The position numbers were made by a program, and so were the translations under genes. Positions 18,447 to 25,877 of a stretch of 34,419 bases of DNA are shown one piece after another (the first letter of the stretch is position 1; every line of letters begins with the position of its first letter). The stretch is from a virus (lineage: Duplodnaviria > Heunggongvirae > Uroviricota > Caudoviricetes): IMG/VR virus record IMGVR_UViG_2671180847_000009, one strand, 5' to 3'. The notes under the pieces are model-generated. The model saw nothing but the letters and a program-made list of their open reading frames with translations, was not told the DNA's origin and did not search any database.

Positions 18447-18463
18447 ACCGTGCGCTCCGTTTA

Positions 18464-19477
18464 TCAGGCGATGGTGACCGCAGACTCATCCACGGCAGCA
18501 TATAAATCCGGATCGCCCAGGGCGTACCCCTCGTGACGCCAGTATGAGTTTTCGAACTGTTTGCGATCGCCCACATCTTCCGCTTTACGACGGCGGGAAC
18601 CCTTCAGCGTCAGGATCTGCAGGTTTGGCAGCATGGTCACCACCATACGCTTACCCGGCATAAACGGCGGAATGATGGCCTTGCGGCCCGCAATGTTCTT
18701 CGTCAGCAACTGTGCGGCCACTTTTTCGGTAGGCTTATCCTCTTTGTTGTAGAGGCGTAGTTCTTCAGCAGCCACAAGGTCTGCGCCAACCAGCACAGTA
18801 AGGCGAGGATCGTTGTGATATTGCGCCGGGATATAAGTGCGGATCAGGTCTGAGGCCATAGCGTCAAGACCGACATAATCACCGCCTTCGCCCAGGGTAA
18901 CGGCGTCCGTCAGAATACGGGAGGTATTGCCGGGCTGTTCTCCCCATTTTCTGGCGATTTCATGCCAGCCGATGTTGACGTCTTCACCGTTCGGATTACT
19001 TTCAGGATCGGAGTTTTCTGCGGCTGTTTTACCGTTAAAGCCAATGCGCAGCATATCCAGCGCAAAGTTGGTGACGGCGGCGGAGTTCATCAGGTTGAAA
19101 AATTCCTGCGGGCTGCCGGCATTCGCCCAGATGGCGAGTTGTTCCCAGGTGATCACGCAGCAGGAATCAGTTTCAACGAGTTTAAATTCGTTGCCTTTGA
19201 TGCCCGAACCTTTAGCGAAACGACCGCTTTTCACGCGACCGGTGCGCAGCGTGGATTCACCCACGGTGACGACCTGCCCCTGCGGGTGCGGAACGTCCAT
19301 GCAGGTGATGAAACTCAGAAATTCCGTGCTTTCCAGCAGGGCTTTACGCAGGGCAATGCTGCGCGGTTCGGTCAGTGAAAAGTAACGATCGCTCGAGCGT
19401 TCGCAGTCACTGAATGTTTTTTGCAGTTCGCTGATATAGCGATTAACCAGCTTTTGTGCTTCTGGTGTGAAATTCAT
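18464..19477 (-). CDS. N: Major capsid protein, P2 gpN-like
   Basis: 337 aa; segment GFNGKTAAENSDPESNP...GW aligns with P2 gpN (AGFNGVKRAETSDRSSNP...GW). Confidence 0.8.
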   Translation of the reverse strand: MNFTPEAQKLVNRYISELQKTFSDCERSSDRYFSLTEPRSIALRKALLESTEFLSFITCMDVPHPQGQVVTVGESTLRTGRVKSGRFAKGSGIKGNEFKLVETDSCCVITWEQLAIWANAGSPQEFFNLMNSAAVTNFALDMLRIGFNGKTAAENSDPESNPNGEDVNIGWHEIARKWGEQPGNTSRILTDAVTLGEGGDYVGLDAMASDLIRTYIPAQYHNDPRLTVLVGADLVAAEELRLYNKEDKPTEKVAAQLLTKNIAGRKAIIPPFMPGKRMVVTMLPNLQILTLKGSRRRKAEDVGDRKQFENSYWRHEGYALGDPDLYAAVDESAVTIA

Positions 19478-19491
19478 TGCGCTCTCTCCGG

Positions 19492-20382
19492 TTACACCAG
19501 GTTAAAAGTTTCGCCACCGGCCGGATTGTTGCCCGGCAGCTTCGTGGCGTCCTTGCTGAGTTCAGCAAATGCGGTTTCCATACTGGTAACCTTCTCCGCG
19601 ATGGCGTTCACCGTGGAGAACAGCTTTTCGCCCTGCTCGGTGGTCAGCGTGAAGGTTTTGTCGTCCTTGTTGTTCTGTTCTGCGTTGTCCTGCCCCTGAT
19701 CGCCGGTGCTGCCTTCCAGCTTGTTATCATCGGTATCTTTCGGGGCATCCTTCGCGCTGAACTGCGCGACGTTTTCTTCCAGTTTTTCCAGGCGTTCGCC
19801 GGTTTTGTTGATGGCGTCCATCAACTGACCGAACTGTTTTTCGTTCATATCGTTTTCCTGTTTGTTGCGTCCCATGGAGAAAAGGCCGGAAAAGAAACTG
19901 CGTTTGGCCTGCTCGTCATCAGACTGCAGCGTGAAATTCAGTTCTTCTGCATTCCCCATGTGAATGGAATCTCCCTGCGAAAATTGCAGGCGGGTGGTGT
20001 TGATGCTGGCCGGTGTGTCAGTCACGGCGATACCGGATACAAAGAATTTGCCTGTCCCCAGATAGTTTTCCTTTACCTCTATGGAGGTGAAAAGTTTTTG
20101 CCCGGCCTCGTTGGCTTCGGTCAGAAAGCGGTTGGGTATCAGGCGGGCTTTCAGCTGCACTTTATCACCGACTTTTTCCGCCTTCAGTGCATCAACAAGA
20201 CCATAGTTATTGGTGAAAGCACGCCAGCCGGCGCTGGCATGAAACGGCCAGAGCATGGCGGTGTGTTCGTCCGGGTTATAAACCTCGGCGGCATCCGTCA
20301 GCCACTTTGGATCAATTTCCCGACCGTCGATGGTGGGGCCTGAAGTGGCTACGACCACCCAGTCTGTTTTCAGTTTCGACAT
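19492..20382 (-). CDS. O: Capsid scaffolding protein, P2 gpO-like
   Basis: 296 aa; N-terminus (GPTIDGREI..., VTDTPAS) matches the gpO family; acidic C-terminal half. Confidence 0.8.
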   Translation of the reverse strand: MSKLKTDWVVVATSGPTIDGREIDPKWLTDAAEVYNPDEHTAMLWPFHASAGWRAFTNNYGLVDALKAEKVGDKVQLKARLIPNRFLTEANEAGQKLFTSIEVKENYLGTGKFFVSGIAVTDTPASINTTRLQFSQGDSIHMGNAEELNFTLQSDDEQAKRSFFSGLFSMGRNKQENDMNEKQFGQLMDAINKTGERLEKLEENVAQFSAKDAPKDTDDNKLEGSTGDQGQDNAEQNNKDDKTFTLTTEQGEKLFSTVNAIAEKVTSMETAFAELSKDATKLPGNNPAGGETFNLV

Positions 20383-20576
20383 CTGAATTAACCCGCTGAT
20401 AAAAATTAAACTGGCGTTATTTAACGGAGAAATAAAAATGTCGTCATCTGATTAATTTCCGGTACTTTCGGATATGCGTATATATCCGAAAAATACCGAA
20501 AAGCGATATTCGTTTTTAAAAAAGCCTTTGCTGAAAATGCATAAATTAAAATTGCATCAGTAGGTGAGGTTTATTT
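20383..20576. promoter_or_regulatory. Divergent late promoter region between O and P
   Basis: AT-rich 194-bp intergenic region with dyad TTCGGATAT-N6-ATATCCGAA (about 20467-20490) and ATGCA-N11-TGCAT (about 20541-20565). Confidence 0.4.
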
Positions 20577-22364
20577 ATGGCGTATTCTGATGAGGTGATT
20601 GCTGCTGCAAAATCGCTCTATCTGAAAAGACACACACCAAAAGAAATACAAAAGAAGCTCGGACTGAACAGCCCGCGAATTGTTTATTACTGGGCGACAA
20701 AGTTTGAGTGGTACACGCAGCTCAATACGGAAGGCGTGGAAGATGTTATCGCCCGGCGTCTCGCTGTGCTGGCGGAACGCGACCATAAGACTCAGGAAGA
20801 ACACGATGAGCTTGATCGCCTGATTGGTCATCACGTCAAACTGATGTCGGTCAGAAACAAGCACACGGAACGAATGGCTGAGATTGCGCGAATGGGAGTG
20901 GACATTCCCCAGCCTGGCCGTTATGGAAAAGAAGAACGCGGAGAAAAAGGTGCAGGTAAGAAAGAGCGCCCCCGTAAAGCTAATGACGTTTCCGGACTGA
21001 CTGCTGAAAGTTTTGAGCCGTTTACGAAGAAGTTGTTTGCTTATCAGTTGCGCCTGCGTGAAAACAAATTCCGCCGTGTACGCAATCTACTTAAATCCCG
21101 CCAGATTGGGGCTACGTATTACTTCGCGTTTGAGGCATTTGAAGATGCAGTATTAACCGGCGACACACAGATATTTTTATCGGCATCAAAACGTCAGGCC
21201 GAAGTGTTCCGTACTTATATTGTAAAAATTGCACAAACGGAATTTGGCATTCCCATTAAAGGCAATCCGGTTAAGTTAAGTAATCTGGCTGAACTGTATT
21301 TTCTGGCGACCAACAGTAACACAGCGCAGTCAAACAGCGGCCACCTGTATATTGATGAATACCTGTGGATCCCTGGTTTTCGCCGTCTCAATGAAGTGGC
21401 ATCAGGGATGGCCACCCATAAACACTGGCGCATTACCTATTTCTCCACGCCGTCATCCAAAACACACCAGGGTTACCCGTTCTGGTCTGGCGATGAATGG
21501 CGCAAAGGTGATCCGAAACGAAAAGGGGTTGAGTTTCCGTCCTTTGATGAGCTGCGCGATGGTGGGCGTGAATGTCCAGATGGTCAGTGGCGCTATGTGG
21601 TTACGCTGGAAGATGCCATTGCCGGCGGCTTTAACCTTGCTGACATCAACGAGCTGCGCGAGCGATACAACGAAACAGCGTTCAATATGCTGTTTATGTG
21701 TGTGTTTGTGGATGACAAAGAGAGCGTCTTTAAATTCGATGATCTTGTGCGTTGTGGTGTTGATGTCAGTACGTGGGAGGATTTTCACCCGGAAGAGCCC
21801 ATGCCATTTGGTAACCGTGAAGTGTGGGGCGGCTTTGACCCTGCGCGCTCCGGCGATAACGCCACATTTGTTGTGCTGGCACCGCCGCTGGTTGCGGCAG
21901 AACGATTCCGCGTGCTGGAAAAACACCACTGGCGCAGCATGTCATTCCAGTTTATGGCAGAGCGTATCCGCAGCATTAAGGCGCGCTATAACATGACATT
22001 TATCGGCATTGACGTCACCGGTCTTGGCTACGGTGTCTTTGAGCTGGTTCAGGGATTTGCCCGCCGTGAAACAGTGGCCATTCATTACAGCGTGGAATCC
22101 AAAAACCGCCTGGTGATGAAGATGCTGGATCTGATTTACGCCAACCGTATTGAGTGGGATGAAGAAGCCACGGATATTCCGGCATCGTTCCTGGCCATTC
22201 GTCAGGAATCCACCAACAGCGGCAATAAAGTCACTTTCACCGCCGAACGTAGCGAAGAAACCGGGCACGCTGACATCTTCTTTGCCATAGCTCATGCCGC
22301 AAGTAATGAACCCCTGAACTATAAGCACAAGCGCAAATCAACATGGATCCTGTCAGATGAGTAA
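20577..22364 (+). CDS. P: Terminase large (ATPase) subunit, P2 gpP-like
   Basis: 595 aa; GGTGAGG RBS; gene order P then Q ending at a cos-like region as in P2. Confidence 0.85.
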   Translation: MAYSDEVIAAAKSLYLKRHTPKEIQKKLGLNSPRIVYYWATKFEWYTQLNTEGVEDVIARRLAVLAERDHKTQEEHDELDRLIGHHVKLMSVRNKHTERMAEIARMGVDIPQPGRYGKEERGEKGAGKKERPRKANDVSGLTAESFEPFTKKLFAYQLRLRENKFRRVRNLLKSRQIGATYYFAFEAFEDAVLTGDTQIFLSASKRQAEVFRTYIVKIAQTEFGIPIKGNPVKLSNLAELYFLATNSNTAQSNSGHLYIDEYLWIPGFRRLNEVASGMATHKHWRITYFSTPSSKTHQGYPFWSGDEWRKGDPKRKGVEFPSFDELRDGGRECPDGQWRYVVTLEDAIAGGFNLADINELRERYNETAFNMLFMCVFVDDKESVFKFDDLVRCGVDVSTWEDFHPEEPMPFGNREVWGGFDPARSGDNATFVVLAPPLVAAERFRVLEKHHWRSMSFQFMAERIRSIKARYNMTFIGIDVTGLGYGVFELVQGFARRETVAIHYSVESKNRLVMKMLDLIYANRIEWDEEATDIPASFLAIRQESTNSGNKVTFTAERSEETGHADIFFAIAHAASNEPLNYKHKRKSTWILSDE

Positions 22365-23391
22365 AAAGAAAAAATACCCCGTGTTACACGATGGCGTGGC
22401 AAAAAAAACAGCCAGCAAAATGACGTTTATTGAATTTGGTGACCCAGAACCGGTCGCTGCATGGGGCTGTTATTACGGCTCGCTCTGGGATGGCTATAAC
22501 GGCTGGTACACGCCGCCCATTGAGCGCATGGATCTCGCCATGTTGTCCAATATCGCACCGTATCACGGCGCGGTATTGCGTGCGCGCGTCAATATGATCA
22601 TGCAGGGTTTTCGGGGTGGTGGTGGTATGACACACGCCGCCATGGCGGCAGCAGTAACCAATCTGGTGATATTCGGGGATATGGGGTTGCTTAAAGTGCG
22701 CAATGGCTTCGGTCGAGTGGTGCGCCTGCATACGTTACCTTCTCTGTACCTGCGGCGTAACAACGAGGGTGGCACGGTGATTGTGCAGGCGGCACTGGAA
22801 GATCTCGTTTACCCGCCAGGCGAAGTGGTGTTCGTGGCCATTTATGACCCGCAACAGCAGGTTTACGGTGTCCCGGATTATATTCACGGGATGGAATCCG
22901 CCATGCTGAATGTGGATGCCACCCGCTTTCGCCGCAAGTATTACAAGAACGGCGCACATCTTGGTTATATCCTGTATTCCACTGACCCGGATATGGATCC
23001 CGAGCTCGAGGCGGAATTCCGTAAAAAGATAGAGGCGTCAAAAGGGGCGGGCAATTTTAAATCCATGTTTATCAATATACCGGGCGGAGACAAAGAAGGC
23101 GTTAAGGTGATCCCTATCGGGGATTCAGGTACAAAAGATGAGTTCCTGAATATAAAAACCATCAGTGCCCAGGATCAGCTCGTTGCGCACCGTTTCCCAC
23201 CCGGACTTGCCGGCATCATTCCCGCAAATACGGCCGGGCTTGGTGATCCACTGAAATCCCGCGAGGCATATTACAGGGATGAGGTTATCCCGATGCGCCG
23301 CCTGATTATGGAGGGGATCAACAGCGACCCGGATATCAGACGACTGGGGGAGGTGAAATTTATTCTTGATTTTGATGAACCCATGGAGTGA
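22357..23391 (+). CDS. Q: Portal (capsid portal vertex) protein, P2 gpQ-like
   Basis: 344 aa; start overlaps P stop (ATGA); gpQ-family sequence character. Confidence 0.85.
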   Translation: MSKKKKYPVLHDGVAKKTASKMTFIEFGDPEPVAAWGCYYGSLWDGYNGWYTPPIERMDLAMLSNIAPYHGAVLRARVNMIMQGFRGGGGMTHAAMAAAVTNLVIFGDMGLLKVRNGFGRVVRLHTLPSLYLRRNNEGGTVIVQAALEDLVYPPGEVVFVAIYDPQQQVYGVPDYIHGMESAMLNVDATRFRRKYYKNGAHLGYILYSTDPDMDPELEAEFRKKIEASKGAGNFKSMFINIPGGDKEGVKVIPIGDSGTKDEFLNIKTISAQDQLVAHRFPPGLAGIIPANTAGLGDPLKSREAYYRDEVIPMRRLIMEGINSDPDIRRLGEVKFILDFDEPME

Positions 23392-23456
23392 TGTGCGGTA
23401 TGGGGAAAGAGCGGGTAAAATCGGTGGCAGTAAAACGCTGTTCTGGGAGGTGGAAA
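23392..23456. other. Candidate cos (cohesive end) region
   Basis: G-rich segment ggtatggggaaagagcgggtaaaatcggtggc just past Q, where P2 places cos; shares GGGGAAAG with the recalled P2 cos core. Exact cut sites not determinable. Confidence 0.3.
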
Positions 23457-23714
23457 ATGCGCAGACAGAAAGCGCGATGTCATTGCTGCGGTGCACATGC
23501 AGTGATTGAGAAAACAGCCTGGAAAACCGATCAGTTTGCTGATGTGTATTACCGTTGCACCCGTCTCGAGTGCGGACATACCTGGGTGATGAATCTGACC
23601 TACTCGCACACACTGGTGCCCAGCGGGCTGGAGAATGGTGTGTTAAAGCTGTTGATTGAGCGGATGCGTCCGGAAGAAAAACAAATGGCTCTGGAGTTGT
23701 TGCAGGCCGGATAG
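23457..23714 (+). CDS. ogr: Ogr/Delta-type zinc-finger transcriptional activator homologue (85 aa)
   Basis: C-x2-C...Y-x-R-C-x4-C-x-x-T-W spacing matches P2 Ogr (C-x2-C-x22-C-x4-C); start at third ATG (23457) with GGGAGG RBS. Confidence 0.6.
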   Translation: MRRQKARCHCCGAHAVIEKTAWKTDQFADVYYRCTRLECGHTWVMNLTYSHTLVPSGLENGVLKLLIERMRPEEKQMALELLQAG

Positions 23715-23736
23715 CTGACGCGCTTCGCTTGTCCAA

Positions 23737-23784
23737 CCCGGAACGGGCGCACAAAGAATTTGCGCACCCGTTCCGGGTTTTCTT
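23737..23784. terminator. Strong hairpin terminator between convergent ogr-like and Rrf2 genes
   Basis: 11-bp stem cccggaacggg/cccgttccggg (23737-23747 / 23767-23777) followed by ttttctt. Confidence 0.6.
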
Positions 23785-24142
23785 ATTCAATGACAGACAA
23801 CTGATAATTTGTGTCTTCCTGCAGGCTGGTTAAAGAAATATTATCCAGTGCAGCCAGAATAACGTGCTGTGTATATAATCCGGAACATTTCATTGCCCGG
23901 ACAATATCACCAACACTGTAATTTTCTTTTGTCGGGATATATCCACCACCCGGGCCGCGTGTGGCTTTTACCAGGCTACTTTCCCGTAAATATCTGAATA
24001 TTTGCTCCAGATATGACAGTGAAACGGTTTCTTTGCTTAATTGCCGGAGCGAGATTGGCTTTCCGGTGTACTGTTTCACAAATTTAATCATTACCATAAC
24101 TGCAACTGATGCACGCTGGCTTCCGGAATTATCTTTCATCAT
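23783..24142 (-). CDS. Rrf2-family transcriptional regulator (119 aa, non-Fe-S type)
   Basis: S-L-S-Y-L-E-Q-I-F-x-x-L-R...R-G-P-G-G-G-Y matches the Rrf2/IscR HTH signature; only one Cys, so no cluster ligands; start at MMKDNS with GGAAG RBS. Confidence 0.7.
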   Translation of the reverse strand: MMKDNSGSQRASVAVMVMIKFVKQYTGKPISLRQLSKETVSLSYLEQIFRYLRESSLVKATRGPGGGYIPTKENYSVGDIVRAMKCSGLYTQHVILAALDNISLTSLQEDTNYQLSVIE

Positions 24143-24153
24143 GATTACTTCCA

Positions 24154-24441
24154 TTAATGGCATAAATTGATGGAGCGGGTCAGTGAATAAAGAGGCAATA
24201 CATTCCATCCCTTAGAGCGCCAGCTGTCTGCAACATCTTTACTTCTTGTTATCGCCGGTATTCCAATAGGATTATTTGCGTGCATCCATACCACTGGCTC
24301 TGCTTCCAGTGATGCAAGTGCGATTTCCAGTGCGATTAACATATTGTGATCGTCTTCATCAAGACCGAACGGGATGTCTTCGCGCCACGATTTAAACTCT
24401 GTGATTTTACGTTGTAACCATTCTTTGGTAATGGTGGACAT
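24154..24441 (-). CDS. Hypothetical protein (95 aa), unknown function
   Basis: Start MSTITKEW at 24441 with AGGAG RBS at spacing 5; ends 11 nt before the Rrf2 start. Confidence 0.45.
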   Translation of the reverse strand: MSTITKEWLQRKITEFKSWREDIPFGLDEDDHNMLIALEIALASLEAEPVVWMHANNPIGIPAITRSKDVADSWRSKGWNVLPLYSLTRSINLCH

Positions 24442-24455
24442 AGTTACTCCTGTTT

Positions 24456-24770
24456 TCACTTCGGGAAAAACGCCTGAATATTCTTTTTCACCTGCTGCAT
24501 ATGGGGGGCGCTGTCTGCTGCTGGTTGCGCCGGTTTTTCAGGCTGTACTGGTAGCGGTGGCATCCGTATTTCGTCTTCTGACCATTCTGCCAGCGAATAC
24601 GCCAACGCGGGGGTGCGTTTTATAAGAGCCAGTCCGGCCAGAAAAGCCGCGCGTTGTGCGCGGCTGCGTTCGGAGGCTGGCAGGCTGTCGAGGTAACTGC
24701 ACGCCTCCCGTTCGCTCTTGACGACGGCGGGCTTCAGATAGAAACTTATCCGTCTGGTTGGTGTCGTCAT
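24456..24770 (-). CDS. parR: ParR/StbB-like partition adaptor (104 aa)
   Basis: Start MTTPTRR (24770) 5 nt after parM stop; segment ISFYLKP...LDSLPASERSRAQRAAFLAGLAL resembles R1 ParR (IAFKLNP...LDSIPQGERSRLNRAALTAGLAL, recalled). Confidence 0.5.
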   Translation of the reverse strand: MTTPTRRISFYLKPAVVKSEREACSYLDSLPASERSRAQRAAFLAGLALIKRTPALAYSLAEWSEDEIRMPPLPVQPEKPAQPAADSAPHMQQVKKNIQAFFPK

Positions 24771-24774
24771 TGAT

Positions 24775-25734
24775 TTACTCCTTGTCCATTGCGTACAGCC
24801 CATTAACCAGAGCAAACTGTGGCACCCCGTCCGCGATGAAAGTCGCATTAACTCCGCAGGCTTCGCGGATAGCGGGTGCCACAATCTCCGCCCCTCCACC
24901 GACAACCATCACCCGCCCGTAACCCGAAAAACCCGCCAGCGCGCGGATCACGCGTTGTTTCAGTGTTTCTTCCTTTTCACGAATAACCGCCATCAGGCTG
25001 GCGTAATGCGCGTCATTGTGGATGTGCTGGCGCAACCAGGCTTCATCATGGCGATGTTCGATAATGGTATTGGCGATGTGGTGACTGGTACGCATACCGT
25101 TGGTGGCCATCACCGACAGCACGGCATCGGCCATCAGGGAAACGCCTACGTGTGGATCGCAAAACACCTGGCTGATACCTGCCAGTTGTCCCTGAACCTT
25201 TGCCACATCCAGCGTGGTTCCGCCCAAATCCACAATCAGCAGGGATTCAAACGGACTCATGTCAGCCAGTGCTTTAAAGCCAGCCGGAATGGATTCAGGC
25301 ATAACCCGTACATTACGGATAGTGAATGCTTCGCCGTTCTGGTATTCCACCGGGCGCATAACGTTTGCTTTTTTGCGGTTGATGTTGGCCATGTCCGGCT
25401 GTGCGTTTGTGTCGAAATACTCGCTCAGTGGCAGGGTGACAACCACATCCACCTCCTGTGGCGTGATGCCTGATTTGACCAGCGCATGATGAATGGCAAT
25501 GACATTCACATCGCTGTACTGGTATTGCGTGTCGGTCGTCTGGACAAAGCGATCGCTGACCGGATCAAAACCATAGCGCACGCCATCAAGCATGTAGTTC
25601 GCGGGCTGCGTGCCACCGAACGGCGCAGACCATTCCGACTTGAAGCTGTTCGGGCTGATGGCGTTGCGGCGTTCGCCGTTCTCAGTCCATGCCAGCTTGA
25701 TGTTGGTGGAGCCGTCGTCGATACAAATTTTCAT
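24775..25734 (-). CDS. parM: ParM/StbA actin-like segregation ATPase (319 aa)
   Basis: N-terminus MKICIDDGSTNIKLAW...ISPNSFK...YSDVNVIAIHHAL...LLIVDLGGTTLD...VMVVGGGAE parallels plasmid R1 ParM (MLVFIDDGSTNIKLQW..., recalled) across the ASKHA phosphate and adenosine motifs. Confidence 0.7.
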   Translation of the reverse strand: MKICIDDGSTNIKLAWTENGERRNAISPNSFKSEWSAPFGGTQPANYMLDGVRYGFDPVSDRFVQTTDTQYQYSDVNVIAIHHALVKSGITPQEVDVVVTLPLSEYFDTNAQPDMANINRKKANVMRPVEYQNGEAFTIRNVRVMPESIPAGFKALADMSPFESLLIVDLGGTTLDVAKVQGQLAGISQVFCDPHVGVSLMADAVLSVMATNGMRTSHHIANTIIEHRHDEAWLRQHIHNDAHYASLMAVIREKEETLKQRVIRALAGFSGYGRVMVVGGGAEIVAPAIREACGVNATFIADGVPQFALVNGLYAMDKE

Positions 25735-25771
25735 GTCGATTTTCCTTATGTTGATTAATTAATCGGCTACA

Positions 25772-25877
25772 GGATTTTTAAATCCCGTTTTCGCCTGTTT
25801 TGTGCGCGCTTCATATATCGCGGCGCGTTTTTTGCTCATTTACGGGATTTGTGAATCCCGTTTTTGTCTGTTTTTTG
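25772..25877. repeat. Two ~33-bp direct repeats, each with an internal GGATTT/AAATCC inverted repeat (candidate parC-like centromere/operator)
   Basis: Copy 1 at 25772-25804 (GGATTTTTAAATCCCGTTTTCGCCTGTTTTGTG), copy 2 at 25844-25877 (GGGATTTGTGAATCCCGTTTTTGTCTGTTTTTTG), about 28/33 identical; copy 1 lies just upstream of parM, copy 2 inside the 3' end of gene A. Confidence 0.4.

Noticed and set aside
17691-18536. 281-aa plus-strand ORF opposite terminase small subunit gene
   Set aside because: Antisense to gpM/gpN homologues.
19477-20343. 288-aa plus-strand ORF opposite the scaffold gene O
   Set aside because: Antisense to a confidently identified gpO homologue.
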